From: Eledone cirrhosa
Lineage: Eukaryota
Assembly: GCA_964016885.1 (NCBI GenBank)
Contig: OZ024740.1
Location: 49,414,001-49,478,000 of the forward strand
Length of the DNA: 64,000 nucleotides
Reading direction: 5' to 3'
Position numbers and translations under genes: made by a program. Shown here in pieces: positions 1 through 11,865 of this stretch; within the stretch, counting starts at the first letter, position 1; each line of letters opens with the position of its first letter. Below the pieces are notes generated by a model. The model saw only the letters and a list, made by a program, of their open reading frames with translations, did not search any database and was not told the DNA's origin.

Positions 1-9
1 TATAATGTA

Positions 10-170
10 AATGTGGTTGGTGTTAGGAAGGGCATCCAACTGTAGAAAACCCGCCAGACAGTCCTATGCGAGCAAGACAACCACTCTTGTCTCAAGTGGG
101 AAAACCCCCGTCCAAACCCATGCAAGCGTGGAACACGGACGCTAAACCTGATGATGATGATGATGATGAT
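10..170 (+). mobile_element. 3' part of a SINE (Meta-domain-like) with (TGA)n tail
   Basis: GGTGTTAGGAAGGGCATCCAACTGTAGAAAACC motif; ends in ctgatgatgatgat. Confidence 0.55.
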
Positions 171-706
171 ATATATATATATATATATACATATAAAATA
201 AACACATCAAACAATCACAGGGGATAATTTGTAAAGAGTGTAAGCACACATAGTTACGTATGAAACAAATTAAAACGAGAACCTCATACCTAACAATAAT
301 GATTGATCTCCTTTGTATATATTTTATTAAAGAAATATATTTCACCATTAATCGGTAAATCACAGAAGTCAAATTCCCGATCATCGGCGAAGGACGAGAT
401 TTAACTATTTGTGCTTACACACCAAATGTAAATCAGGAAATGACGAAAAACATTTATATACCGCTCCGCCTTCAACCCAGTGACGTGAATAGGATTATCG
501 ACTGCTAGAAATAGCAGCCAAGTCCTTTCAACTGAGATAAGCGCTACTATTTAGGAGCAGTATATATAACCAAAATTAAATTAAAGATGTCATGTTTGAG
601 AAACGTGCGCCATACCCTCTGTAGAATAAGCTCAAAGATTCTAAGGAATAAATCAGAGCATTTATTAACATTCAATTAAAAATCGATTGACATAAATATA
701 TATATA

Positions 707-1149
707 TATTAGGATTAGTGCTCTGAAATAGCGATGTATACATGAATGTATGTATAGTATATTTGTCAATACACCGTATGTTTAATTAAAAACATTTAGA
801 AGACCATACGCTATCAGTTTTAAAGTAGTGACTATGTCATTTACTTCTTTTCGGCGAAGGAAGGGAGAGAAACTAACAGTCTGTTTCACGCTGATTGGCG
901 TTCATCAAAGCCACGTACTCCCCTACTTTCACCGAAATTATCGAAGCTGGATTCTTATAGAATTCCAGTAATAATCAGGAGCTGATTATACAGAGCGATT
1001 GCCGGTCCAGCAAAAATTAGGTATTAGGATTGTTGATCTGAAATAGCGATGTATACATGAATGTATGTATAGTATATTTGGCAATATACCGTATGTTTAA
1101 TTAAAACATTTAGAAGACCATACGCTATCAGTTTTAAAATAGTAACTAT
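707..1149 (-). mobile_element. Non-autonomous hammerhead-bearing element, ~130-bp direct repeats (707-835, 1022-1149), 315-bp period
   Basis: Direct repeat visible; (TA)n on both sides; further copy at ~38960-39113 on the opposite strand. Confidence 0.7.
871..912 (-). ncRNA. Minimal type I hammerhead-like motif (U3 variant)
   Basis: Reverse complement: GGCT TTGATGA ACGC-caatca-GCGT GAAA CAGACTG TT AGTT. Confidence 0.5.
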
Positions 1150-1279
1150 ATATATATAGGAGGTGAGTTTTATTGTAGCACAATAAAGCAATGCAAATAT
1201 TGGATAAGTATCACTCAACAGTTTATTGGACTGGAGTATATATAAGAAGAAATTAAAAGATGGTTAAAAAAGTTCCATG

Positions 1280-1350
1280 TATTTTATTATGCGCATTTCA
1301 AAAGCAAATATCATCCTGGGACGATATTTGCGTTCTCATCAGATAAAATA
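1280..1350 (-). ncRNA. Type I hammerhead ribozyme motif
   Basis: Reverse-complement copy of 1570-1640 with intact core. Confidence 0.8.
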
Positions 1351-1569
1351 GGGAGACATGATATGAAGCTTAAAAAACACTTGTGAGCAAGGTAGTGTCT
1401 AATCAACATTCCTTCTTTTTTCCTTTTTTTCCTTTCTTCCTCTTCCTTCCTTTTTTCCCCTTCCTTTCCTTTTTTCCAATCTTCTATATCCTTTTAAATT
1501 TATTTATCATATGATGATTAGACACTACCTTTGCCACAAGTGTTTTTTAAGCTTCATATCATGTCTCCC

Positions 1570-1640
1570 TATTTTATCTGATGAGAACGCAAATATCGTC
1601 CCAGGATGATATTTGTTTTTGAAATGCGCATAATAAAATA
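1570..1640 (+). ncRNA. Type I hammerhead ribozyme motif
   Basis: TATTTTAT CTGATGA [GAACGCAAATATCGTCC-CA-GGATGATATTTGTTTTT] GAAA TGCGCA TA ATAAAATA: 8-bp stem I, long stem II, palindromic stem III. Confidence 0.8.
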
Positions 1641-1673
1641 CATGGAACGTTTTTAACCATCTTTTAATTGCTT

Positions 1674-1741
<68 letters not shown>

Positions 1742-1829
1742 TTATTAAAGTTTACAAATGAATTAAACTTAAAGGTAGTTGTAATATGGGAATAGACCTA
1801 ACATTGTTATAGATTAGCTATTGGGTTTG

Positions 1830-2350
1830 AAATAGTGGAAAGAGTATCGGTGATAATGTGGGCACGTGGAGAAAATTTCTGATTTTCTATTTAGTAGGTT
1901 AAGATTAGAATAAATAATACTGCGAGACTCTAGGAGACAAAGGTTACAGAATTTGTTAGGTGGTTTATAAGAGGGGCCTTAGCTACCACTTACCATTCTA
2001 GGATATATGGTATATTACTAGTTTTTAATGAGTGTATGTAGGCAGATAGTGAAGTAGAGTTACTAATTTTACGTACTAAATGAGTGAAGGTGCGAGTTAT
2101 ATCTGGTCTTAAAGCTATTCAAAGTTGAACCTATATAAATTTGATGAGTAGTGACAGTACAGGAGTAGATAATGTCTTTAACAAGGCAATTATTCCTTAA
2201 TGGGGAAGTTCTATTAGGTCTACAATTACAATTGTTGTGGTTAATAGTATATTGGTTAAGGGAGCGTGAGGTTGTTCGGTTATTATTGTTGATTTTCGAT
2301 CTAATACCATGTTGTACAACTAAACTACACGATGTGGGTGTTATTTTAAA
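1830..2350 (-). pseudogene. Decayed Penelope-like GIY-YIG endonuclease fragment (Naiad-like motifs)
   Basis: Manual translation: NCNCRPNRTSPLRNNCLVKDIIYSCTV..IYIGSTLNSFKTRYNSH..STSLSAYIHSLK..FCNLCLLE..LLNRKSEIFSTCPH, with stops and frameshifts. Confidence 0.75.
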
Positions 2351-3513
2351 GAATATGATGGAATCATGAAATTAATAATTTGAAGTCATAAACAAAATAT
2401 TCGTATTGTAGCATTATTTAGGGTTTGATTTTAACGCTAACGCGATTGCTCAGTTCTTATAGCGGAATATGTACCTGTTATTCATAGGTCTATCGTTCGA
2501 ATCCTTCTCGCGAGTGTTGTATATAGTTTTAACCATAACAGTTTATAATCCACCAACACACTTGTATTCCTGTTTACATTTTTAAAATATTCATATCTTT
2601 GATTAATCAGCTACTACAAACCTTCGTCTTACATAAATTCCACCCAACACAGTTAATATGTTTACATATCCCACACTACATTAATTATCCCACTTACCTT
2701 TACATGACAAATCAAATTTTCCAATTACAGCTATTTCATCTTTGTAAATATCATCGAGTTGTAATATATTATAATCACCAACTCTAACAAATATACACAC
2801 ACTATTTCAAATTCATTAAAACTCTTTCATATTTTTCTGTATAAGAATCTATCATTTACTGGCCGTATATATTATACTAACTTTGATGACAGCTTAGAAA
2901 TTGTTACGAACGATATATATATATATTGAACAATGCTTTATATTGAAATTTCTCAGATACACTGTACAACCCAATTTAATAAAGACAGTTGTCGTGTAAA
3001 CCCTATACATGTAGTTCTGAAAATAATATTGAGAAGTATAACCTTGATTTGTAACGTATAACCTGAGATAATTGAATACATCTATACAAAGATACGAGAT
3101 ATTTATGTTCAGCACGACATGTGTAGAGAAAATTCAATTCAGAGGTGATGGCGTTAGTATTCCTTAAAACCTTCCGTAAAAGATAAATCGTTCATCGAGT
3201 TGATGATGGTAACTGTTTACAAAAAAAAACATCAACAAAAAACAAAAACAACAAAAACAAAACAAAAAGATTTATACGTCAGTACTTGAAAGAATAGACT
3301 AGATAGGAGAAAGTAAATGTGAACATTTATGTATTGCTGAATGTGTAAAACTATGTACAGTTGTGTTCAGTGGAATTTATGTGAGCGGAATATTAACAGT
3401 AGTTGATTAATTAAAGAGATGAGTATTTTAAAATGTAAGAAAAGAAATATTTGAATGTCCATAATAAGGAAGATACTTTCATGATTTAGACAATAACATG
3501 AATAAAACAACAC

Positions 3514-3601
3514 TCTCACGAGACGGATTCGAACCATCGATTTAAGGATAACTGTTAATCACTACAAATGTCCTCCGCTGAATCAACTGAGCTATCGCGA
3601 G
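3514..3601 (-). pseudogene. Intron-containing tRNA-Tyr(GTA) pseudogene
   Basis: Reverse complement CTCGCGA TAGCTCAGTTG..AGCGGAGGAC att TGTAG [intron] ATCCTTAAATCGATGGTTCGAATCCGTC TCGTGAG A; D arm and anticodon arm damaged. Confidence 0.7.
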
Positions 3602-3626
3602 CTCTTAAATATATTACCACAAATAA

Positions 3627-3835
3627 TGGCTCCTGATTTAGGCACAAGGCCAACAATTTTGGGGGATATGAAAGTCGATTAAATCGATCCCTTATGCATT
3701 ACTGGTACTTTATTTTATCGACCCCGTAAGGATGAAAGGCAAAGCTAACGTCGGCGGGATTTGAACTCAGAACGTAAAGGGCCATAAATCTATGCTGTTA
3801 AGCATATTGTCGGACACTCTACCGATTCTGCCAAA
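3627..3835 (-). mobile_element. tRNA-derived SINE with Deu/Nin-like domain
   Basis: ACTGGTACTTTATTTTATCGACCCCGTAAGGATGAAAGGC core plus B-box (GGATTTGAACTC); many copies in window. Confidence 0.8.
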
Positions 3836-4939
3836 TAATGCTACAATACCACTGAATTCTCCATGACGTCAAACGATTGTTTCAAAGATTCAATGATTAC
3901 AGTCTTACAATGATACACATATCATGTAGTGTAATCGTACTGTGTGGAATTATTTATAAAATGAATAGTACTATTAAATTAAATAAAAACTAAGATTTTC
4001 CACGAGACTATTTTTGGAAAATTTGAAACTATTTTTTATAGATCATACTCTAACATATCCCACTATCGCATTACAGAGACCGACTCCTTTTCAAAGACAT
4101 TATTCGTAATATTTGCAATATTTCAACAAATGAAAGAATTAACGGTGACCTGTTAAACATTGAAACGCTTATTTCACGTCACAATATCAAGTAATTTCCT
4201 ATTCGAACGTCTGTACACTATTATATATGGACACAATGTCTTAAATTTAGTGAAACCTTTCTATTTAACTCTGTATTGGAAGAAAATAGCAATTGGCGCT
4301 ACCTATATATCACTAGCCACATTTGCAGACAACTTTTAAATAACGTAGAAATTCATACGAAAGACATGTATATATATATTGCAAGAAACTTATGCTGATT
4401 TTTTTCAGATAGAGAATATAACCAAATTCAGTCATATAGTGTAAACGCTATTTGGTTTATGCGGGCTACTGAGATGAATAACTCCCTATATGTAGGATAT
4501 ATAGTACTGGAAAATATTCCAATTTTGCATAACTTGAGATACATTGATTCATATTTAACATGATAAATGTAGGGGAAAGAAGTTAACAGGCGGAGGTTTA
4601 GGGATCGTAAAACTATTGTGTAAAATATCCTTTGTGTTACTGAAGAACATTCTGGAAGGTCTGCTTGTCATAGAGTTGATGACTGCCCCTACTTACTATC
4701 TGAAGAACTTTACAAAATGACATGTATTCTTTTGTAACTGTGACGAAAGAATTTTCCAGGTGAAGGCAGGTGAGGAAATTAATGTAGAGTGGAACATGTA
4801 GCGATAAATATAATTGTGTTGAGTGGAATTTACGTGAGCAGAATGTTGGCAGTAGGAGATTTCTTAAAGTAATTAGTATTTTAAAATGTATAGAGGAATA
4901 CTGAAATCTCTGAATTATGGAATGACTAAAAAAATAATT

Positions 4940-5545
4940 GTATCTGATTTAGGCACAAGGCCGACAATTTTTGAGGAAGGGGAAAGTCAATCAAATCGAC
5001 ACCAGTGTATTACTGGAACTTTATTTTATCAACCCCGTAAGGATGAAAGTCAAAGCTAACCTCGGCGGGACAAAAAGCTAACCAAATTGTCGCGAGATTC
5101 GAACCACTGACAAGAATTACAGGTAAATAGCCCTGAAATATGACGGGTACGTTAATTCTTATCACATTTATATCGAAGAAATCTATACTTTAATAATTGT
5201 TTCTACTTTTGGCACAAGGCCAGCAATTATCCCAGTCCATTACTGGTACTTTATTTTATCGACCCCGTAAGGATGAACGGCAAAGTTAACCTCGGCGGGA
5301 TTTGAACTCAGAATGGCAAGGGCCGTAACTCTATACGTAAATCTATACTTTAATAATGGTTTCTTATATAAGCACAAGGTCAGCAATTTATTTTTGGAGG
5401 AAAGTCGATTAAATCGACCCCAATGAGTGACTGGTACTTTATTTTATCGACCTCGTAAGGATGAAAGGCAAAGTTAACCTCAGCGGGATTGAACTCAGAT
5501 CATAAAGAGCCGTAACTCTATGCGGCAAAGCATGGCGTCCGACCT
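4940..5545 (-). mobile_element. Three adjacent Deu/Nin-like SINE copies
   Basis: Same core at ~5010, ~5240, ~5430; aatctatactttaataat repeated at ~5180, ~5340, ~5546. Confidence 0.8.
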
Positions 5546-5557
5546 AATCTATACTTT

Positions 5558-5892
5558 AATAATAAAATGTTATAGTTTGCTTGAAGCACTGTATATAATA
5601 TATAACTTTGAAAGAGATAGAAAGATAAACAATGCAAAATGGACTGTAAGATGAAGTAACGAAAATTATAAGTTACCTGGTAATCTTTGTTTTGTTGTTG
5701 TTGTTGTTCTACTTCTTTTATCTGTCCAATATTTCGGAACCTAAAAGTCCCTTCATCAGGAACCTTCAGTGGATAAGCTTCCAAAGAACAACAACAACAA
5801 AACAAAACAAAGATTGCCAGGTAACTTTTACTTTTCGTTACCTCTTACAGTCCATTTTCCATTGTTTAGCGTTCTATCTCTTTCAACGTTAT
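5558..5892. mobile_element. Fold-back Penelope terminal fragment (arms 5602-5710 / 5785-5892, tail 5558-5601)
   Basis: Diverged inverted repeat; minus-strand translation YTVLQANYNILL resembles YTMLQVNYNFLL at the start of the Penelope ORF near 30348. Confidence 0.65.
5724..5763 (-). ncRNA. Minimal hammerhead motif
   Basis: Reverse complement: GTTC CTGATGA A GGGAC-ttttag-GTTCC GAAA TA TT GGAC. Confidence 0.6.
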
Positions 5893-6916
5893 CTCCTTAT
5901 AATATATAACCAGCAATTTCTCTGTCTGTCTGTCCGATAGTGGAAACACGTGCGTAGAGAGAGAGTGAGAGTGAAAGAAAGAGACAGACTACGAGAGGGG
6001 GATAGCGGGAGGGAGAGAGGGAGAAAGAGAGAGAGTGAATAGACGCTAAAAAACGTGCTACAGAAACATTACCTTCCCCTCTCCACTGACTTTGGTCACT
6101 GAGGCCGAGGGAATCGCGCTGAGCGCGTCATAATGACGTAATGCAGACAGCCAGACATACAGACAGATATTATAAGGGTGCAACGTTATATCTATGTATC
6201 TATCTAAAAAGAAAGACTAAGAATTATATAGAGAGAACGCTAAATCGCCTAATGCGGTCCCTAGGGCATTGAAAATTTGAAATAAATTTTGCTCAAAACA
6301 CTCACAGGACCATAAGTATTACATGTCTAAAGTTCGAAAACAATCGGTTGGATGGTTCTCAAGTTTTAGTGAGCTGACAGACAGACAGACATTCTCTGTT
6401 TTAGATATATAGACTAGCAGAAAACCGGCCCCACCCGGGTGGTTTTCTGCTAGTCTATTTATTAATTTGAACAATGTCAGTATTCCGCGTCTCATAATTC
6501 TAGATTATCATTGATTCATAGGTTTCAAACGATTCCGACCACCTCAACGACGGCAAACTGAAATTAATATGCATAATGTCAATGAGGGAGTGAAAGGGGA
6601 GAGTGTGAACGCTATGTACAATAACTATTAACATGTGTGCGTGTGTATGTACGTGCGCGTATGTTTATGTGTGTGTGCGTGCGTGCAGCGTTCCACAGAA
6701 AGTAAAAACTATGAACATGTGTGAGTGTGTGCGTGTGTAAGTTTGCGTGCGTGTGCGCGTTTCCATGCGTGTATGTGTGTGGCGTTCCACAATCACCCCG
6801 CAGTTTATCTGTCTGTGTGCCTGTCTGTCAGTCTAACATACACAGGGAGTAAATAGGGACCTTTCTTTACATTGACGGATATCTTTTATATTTATTATTG
6901 TGTCATTTTTTGACAA

Positions 6917-9900
6917 TTGCTCGAAATGAATACTGATAATAAAAGCAATTCGACTTTATCAAACAGTGAACTACAGCGGCGACGGCGTGCAGCCAGGAAT
7001 GAAGAAAAACGGGCCGAACAGCGCCATCGGAACGCCAAACTTCAGAGGCGAAGACGTGCCGCCATGAATGAAGAGGAGCTGGCTGAACAACGCCAACGAA
7101 ACATTGGAGCAAAGCAGCGACAGCGTGCTGCGATAGTTGAAGACGAACTGGCTGAGCATCATCAGCAGATGGCCAGAATTCAGCAGCAACGGCGTGCTGC
7201 GATGGATAACGAGGAGCTGGATGAACAGCGTCAGAGCAATACAGAAGAATGTGTAGCCAAAGTGCTCCTCATTCCAGTAAAGAGGCTAGAAGGCGAATGA
7301 ATGATATTAAAAATGGATCATGGCAACCGTGTCATTTTCAGATTGGTGGTCGAGCAGAGTGTCCACATTGTGGAGCATTGCTTTGGAGCCACGAAAAGAC
7401 GTGGACCACAAGATGCTGTCATAAAGGAGCAGTTCAACTAGAACCCTTGCGAATGCCGGATGATGAAGAGTCACCGGGGTTTAAAATACTAAGTGCGTGG
7501 GGTGATCAAGGAGACCGAGGTAGATTACTGCGCAAATATTCGCGGCAAATTAACAATTCATTAGCTTTAGCATCGCAGAGAGTTAGTGAGATGTTTGAGT
7601 GTGGAGCATGGCAACCGAATGTAGTCATTCAAGGCCGTTTGTATCGGTAATTTAGAAGGAGAGAGGCCTCGATTCGCTCAAATTTACGTTAACGATCAAG
7701 ATTATAGTGAATCGGAGGAGGATTTCAGGATCGGTTGGATGAAGTTGCCGGGAAATATAACTGAACTTGAACGGCAAAGGTTAAGTGATTTGATCCGTGA
7801 TTTGCAATCATGGCTTAGACAGTGTAATCCTTATGTTATAGATTTCATGTTGGTGGCTGAACTGCAAAATGTTCAGCAGCAAATATTGGTGATTAAGGCT
7901 TGACGCAGTGCCAAGGAATCAACACGAACGGCGATATAATGCCCTTGAAGGATTTCGTGAAGTTGCTGTGTTGAAGGACGATAAGCCTGGATCGAGAGAT
8001 ATCGTCCTCAATCGCAGAGATGGTGGTCTCAAGACTATCAATGAGTCAAATAGGGCATACGATCCATTGCATTATCTTCTTTTATTCCCAAAAGGTGAAA
8101 ATGCATGGAACATGTCTGTTCATTTAGATGATCATGAGAATCAGCATCAACAGGGAGGTGGCAATAGACACAATAGTTCGATTCGCAACTTTTACGCGTT
8201 CCATTTGAACGAGAGGAATCAACAGAGAAATGCGTTATTTTAAGCCAGCAGATTGTTCCAGGAATACTGTTGTATAGCATTCGCAAAGATCGAAAATCAA
8301 AGGCTAAATTATATAGTTAGACATTAGCAACATATCATAGCTGAATTGTATAATAATATACAGGATGCGATAACAGCCGATGGTGCTAATTACAAGCAAA
8401 TTGGTCGACGCATCATTTTGCCATCGTCGTTCATCGGCGGCCCGAGATATATGAACATTCGCTATCAGGATGCAATGGCTATTGTCAGAAAGTTTGGAAA
8501 GCCATATTTGTTTATAACGGTTACATGCAATCCTGAATGGACTGATATTAAGGATGCACTTTTGCCAGGACCACAGCTAAAGGACCGTCCTGATATTGTG
8601 GCAAGAGTATTCAAAGGATATCTGAAAAAGATAATGGATGATGTGGAAAAAGAGGGAATCTTTGGAGGTATAGTTGCTTTTACATACGCAATTGAATTCC
8701 AAAAAAGAGGATTGCCACATGCACATTTGCTGATCATTTTACATAGAGATTGCAAATTGAGATGTGCTGAGGATGTCGACAGAATTGTGTGTGCTGAACT
8801 GCCGGAGAATGAGGCACTACGCAACTTGGTGGCAAAGTAAATGGTGCACAACCAATGCGGAGTGGCAAATCGGAAAGCGCCTTGCATGAAAAATGGCCAA
8901 TGCAGTAAGCACTTTCCGAAATCTTTTGTCACGAACACTTCCTGGAACGATGGGGATGTTCATCCCTCATACAGAAGACGGTCGCCTGCAGATGGCGGTT
9001 TGGTCGAAAATGTAAACGGTCGGCAGGTTACAAATCAATGGGTTGTGCCATACAATCCATATTTGATTATGAAATATCGTTGTCATATTAATGTGGAAAT
9101 TTGTAGCTCAGTGAAAGCTTGCAAATATCTATTCAAATATGTTTACAAAGGTCATGATCGGGCAATGATCAATGTCAGGAATGAGGAAGCGAACCAAAGA
9201 GATGAAGTTGGCAGGTTCCAGGATGTTCGCTCGATTGGATCTAGCGAAGCTTGCTGGAGATTGTTCGATTTTTATCTCAATGAACGCAAACCCAGCGTTC
9301 AGAAACTGACGGTTCACTTAGAGAATAGGCAAATGGTCTGTTTTCAGGACACTAGAAGAGGTGTTGAAAGAATTGCTAACGCATCAGCTCCTAAGACGGA
9401 ATTGACTGAGTGGTTCAAGCATAATAGGGAACATGATTTGAACCCGGATCAAAGGCAACTCTACTGCGATTTTCCTTCGCACTATACGTGGGATAAGAAG
9501 GGAAAGAAATGGATTGATAGAAAACAAAAGTTGAGATTCATGACTATTGGACGGGTTTGTAATGTCCATCCAGCATCTGGTGATGTGTTTTATCTCCGAA
9601 TTCTGTTGCATAATGATTTTTCGAGAGGTAAACAGAGCTTCGCTGATTTGAAAACAATCAATGGCGTGGAATTTGAAACATACCAGGCTGTGTGTCAGTA
9701 TCTGGGACTCCTTCAGGATGACGCTGAATGGAATAACGCCATGGAAGCAGCAGGAACAACACAGATGCCAGCTCAAATAAGGCAGTTTTTGTCACGAATC
9801 TAGGATTCTGCAATCCTGCCGATCCAAGAGAGTTATTTGAATGCCATTGGGGAATTATGGCTGATGAATTTAGGCATCATCTTCAGGTCGATAATGAAAA

Positions 9901-11502
9901 TTTGATGAAAGCTATTGTTTTGCTCAATATTGAGCAACTGCTTGAAGTTCATCCAAATGTTTAACATATTTCAATTTGCCAATTCCTGATGAAGAAATGC
10001 GGCAACGTGTCTTAGCATTGAACATGAGATTGCAGTTTAGACGGTTGCCACTCGATCGGAGGGAACTATTCCAGTTTGATCCACTGGAACAGCAACGTAT
10101 TGTGGATGAACGTATGCAAATGTTGACCGACTCTCAGAGAGAATTGGTCGATGGCGTTCTCCACTCAATTTCCACTAATGAGCAACTTTGTGCTTTCATA
10201 GATGCTCCAGGAGGCACCGGAAAGACATTCTGTTTCAACACTATGTTATCGGCAGTCAGAGCTCAGAGGAAGATTGCTCTCCCTGTGGCCACCAGTGGGA
10301 TCGCTGCCACTTTGCTGAGTGGTGGAAGGACCTTCCACTCATGCTTCAAGGCTCCATTGGCTCCGGATGTGTTGAGTGTCTGTAACATTACAGGACAAAG
10401 TGAACTCGCGGGCCTTATACGCAATACGTCTCTGATTATTTGGGACGAGGCTCCAATGCAATGGCACACAGATATTTGCTGGAGGCATTGGACAGACCAT
10501 TGAGAGATATCTGCGGTAGTGACCTGCCATTCGGTGGTAAGACTATCGTTCTTGGTGTGGATTTCAGACAGGTGCTATCAATTGTTAGGAATGCTCCAAG
10601 AGCGCAAATTGTCGATGCATGTCTGAAAGAGTCCCCGTTGTGGCGCCATTTCAGAGTTTTGCGATTACACGATAATATGCGACTTCGTATGTTCGGGCAA
10701 AACGAAGAGGCTGAGACATACGGCCGATGGTTGATGCCGTTGGGAAACGATGAATTGCAACACGTTGGTGATAATCAGACTAAGAATCCCAGACAATATG
10801 GTCATGCCACTGGACCGCCAAGCATTGATTGACTGGGTGTTCCCTAATTTGAATGCTTTTTGGCAGAATGTCACCTGGATATCGTAACGCGTTATTCTAA
10901 CTCATACGAATGCAACGGTCGATGAAATAAATTCACAAGTAGCCGGAATGTTTCCCGGAGAGGAATGGTTGACCGTCAGTGCGGATGCAATGGAACCTAA
11001 TCAGCAGAACAATATGGATGTTCCGACTGAGTATCTAAATTCACTTCAAATACCCGGATTTCCCCCACATATTTTGAGGTTGAAAAAGGGTATGCCGATT
11101 ATATTGCTTAGATATATCAATCATAAAATGGTTCTTTGCAATGGTACCAGATTGATTGTTGAGAGATTGATTAACGGAAGAGTTTTAGAAGCTAAACTCC
11201 CAGGCAGAGAGGAATCGGTTCTCATTCCGAGGATCATACTGAGACCAAGTGAAGATCTGCTGCCATTCATTTGGCAAAGGAGACAGTTTCCCGTCAATTT
11301 GGCCTTCTCCATGACTGTCAACAAGGCACAGGGACAGACTTTCAAGCGAGTCGGTGTCTACTTGAATGATCCAGCATTCAGCCATGGGCAACTGTATGTT
11401 GCTGCATCTCGAGTGTGCGATCCTGATGGTATAAAATTTGCAATTGATACCACTAACAGAGGAACAACCCTGAATATTGTCTATAATGAAGCTTTGAGCT
11501 GA
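6917..11502 (+). pseudogene. Helitron Rep/helicase transposase, disrupted
   Basis: CPHCGALLW zinc knuckle; FITVTCNPEW, EFQKRGLPHAH (HUH), KYLFKYVYKG; Pif1 motifs DAPGGTGKT, IIWDEAPM, RRQFPV..MTVNKAQGQT, FSHGQLYVAASR; split across several ORFs. Confidence 0.95.
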
Positions 11503-11532
11503 TGTATGCATATCTTTAATGCTATCAATAAG

Positions 11533-11865
11533 CGACGTAAATGATTCGGACATTGGTATCCCTTGATCAGTATTGTGAGCTTTGACAGAGTTATGATTTA
11601 TGTTCAATGTCATTTAATATCGTTGTGAGCAATAAAAACAAACAAGTATTGGTAAAAATTGCTTTCACTGCTATGTTGCGCAATAAATACCAACAAGTAT
11701 TGGTAGAAATTGGCTTCACTGCTCTGAATATTCGACGTAAATGATTCAGACATTGGTGTCCTTTGATCAGTATTGTGAGCTTTGACAGAGTTATCATTTC
11801 TGTTCAATCTCATTTATTGTCGATAATGAGCAATAAAAACCAACAAGTATCGGTAGAAATTGCCT
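11533..11865 (+). repeat. ~200-bp-period duplication with internal subrepeats downstream of the helicase
   Basis: cgacgtaaatgattc(g/a)gacattggt..tgatcagtattgtgagctttgacagagttat at 11533 and 11733; caacaagtattggta subrepeats. Confidence 0.8.

Larger units (their letters stand above)
1159..1680. mobile_element. Fold-back Penelope-type mini-element (arms 1241-1405 / 1515-1680, tail 1159-1236)
   Basis: ~165-bp near-perfect inverted repeat between (TA)n tracts; hammerhead in each arm. Confidence 0.8.

Noticed and set aside
340-392. Long hairpin followed by GAAATATAT on the minus strand
   Set aside because: No CUGANGA-like core or stem I in the right place
1830-2350. Possible selenocysteine recoding, as reported for some Naiad elements
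   Set aside because: No TGA seen at conserved Cys positions; the stops look like decay
4940-5545. Regularly repeated units suggesting a CRISPR-like array
   Set aside because: They are SINE copies in eukaryotic DNA, with no spacers or cas genes
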